Both the position numbers and the translations under genes were made by a program. 64,000 bases of DNA from Nannocystis pusilla (lineage in GTDB: Bacteria > Myxococcota_A > Polyangia > Nannocystales > Nannocystaceae), in NCBI RefSeq assembly GCF_020073745.1, contig NZ_JAIRAU010000047.1:93990-157989 (forward strand), read 5' to 3'. Below, piece by piece: positions 63,452-64,000 of the stretch. Each line of letters opens with the position of its first letter. Positions within the stretch are counted from its first letter, which is position 1. The notes beneath the pieces were generated by a model, which searched no databases, was not told the origin of the DNA, and worked only from the letters and a program-made list of their open reading frames with translations.

Positions 63452-63970
63452 CGCGCGCGAGCATACGCCGGACGCGGGCGTCCGGGATGTCCGCGAGCCA
63501 TGTCCCTCGGATCCCCGCTCCACAAACGCGCCGTCTCTTCCCGGCCCCGGACAGATGACCGCAGCGCCGGGGTCGTCGGCCACCGCCGACTGTCACGACC
63601 CTCGATCGCCCGGTCCCCAAATGACATTTGCGGCGCCCCGGATCCGTCGGCGAGCATTGTCCACTATATACATTATGAGAGCGCAGCCGCGCCCGATATG
63701 CACGCCGCCGCGCCCGCGGACAGGCGGGGCCCGAGAGCGTCGCGCGCGGACGACATCGCCGCACCCGGCCGAGCAATCATCATGGGTTCAATGATCCGAA
63801 TCGCCGGAACTTGCCCCATGAGATCAACGCGCTCACGGCAACCACCTGTCAGCGGCCGTGGGTGAAGTGAAGCAAGGTGCGCCGCGCTGCGCCAAAGTTG
63901 GTGCATCGGCATCGATACTCGTTGACACCCGGTTCGCCGCCCCCGTAACGTGGCAGGGTTGGAGGTGTGG

Positions 63971-64000
63971 GATGCAGCGGCCTGTTTTCATTTCGACGAT
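63971..64000 (+). CDS. start of an unidentified gene (partial)
   Basis: GGAGG RBS plus ATG. A TTGACA -35 lies ~55 nt upstream. Confidence 0.3.

Noticed and set aside
63783-63810. tRNA-like GGTTCAATGATCC string
   Set aside because: It does not match the GGTTCGAATCC T-loop, and no acceptor/anticodon stem pairing is found around it.

Overview
This is a ~70% GC chromosomal segment with a myxobacterial (Myxococcota) character. It has MYXO-CTERM-like tails, two eukaryote-like Ser/Thr kinases, a sigma-54 enhancer-binding protein (EBP), many Cys-rich lipoproteins, a lysyl-oxidase homolog and the futalosine genes mqnB/mqnD. About 55 protein-coding genes are supportable. They include housekeeping genes (mtaB-like, rluE, pepA, ung, an acyl-CoA dehydrogenase), signalling genes (STPK x2, a GAF-sigma-54 EBP, XRE and DUF4388 regulators), and many secreted or lipoprotein genes (trypsin-like proteases, SGL/NHL propeller, a porin-like barrel, pentapeptide and lectin-repeat proteins). 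No rRNA, tRNA or CRISPR was seen.

The most notable content is a ~12 kb candidate lipid-biosynthesis cluster at 34.8-46.6 kb. It carries a fatty acyl-CoA reductase, a thioester-reductase-type short-chain dehydrogenase/reductase (SDR), a polysaccharide-pyruvyl-transferase-family protein, two AMP-ligases, a crotonase, an acyl carrier protein (ACP), a DAGK-type lipid kinase and an acylglycerol-3-phosphate acyltransferase (AGPAT). This is the ElbD ether-lipid domain set as separate genes plus extra enzymes. A 1.3 kb repeat-rich foldback element splits the cluster.

The window also contains a strongly over-represented dispersed palindromic motif GGACATGTCC, found at about 25 sites and mostly in intergenic positions. 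It is sometimes embedded in a larger interspersed repeat family with copies at 5.6, 7.1-7.5 and 41.9-42.9 kb. A tandem pair of 20-bp operator-like palindromes sits upstream of a lipoprotein gene. There is an oddly arranged ParE/TIGR02574 toxin-antitoxin remnant, and several terminator-like hairpins.

Many very long alternate-frame ORFs in the six-frame track are high-GC artifacts and were not called.
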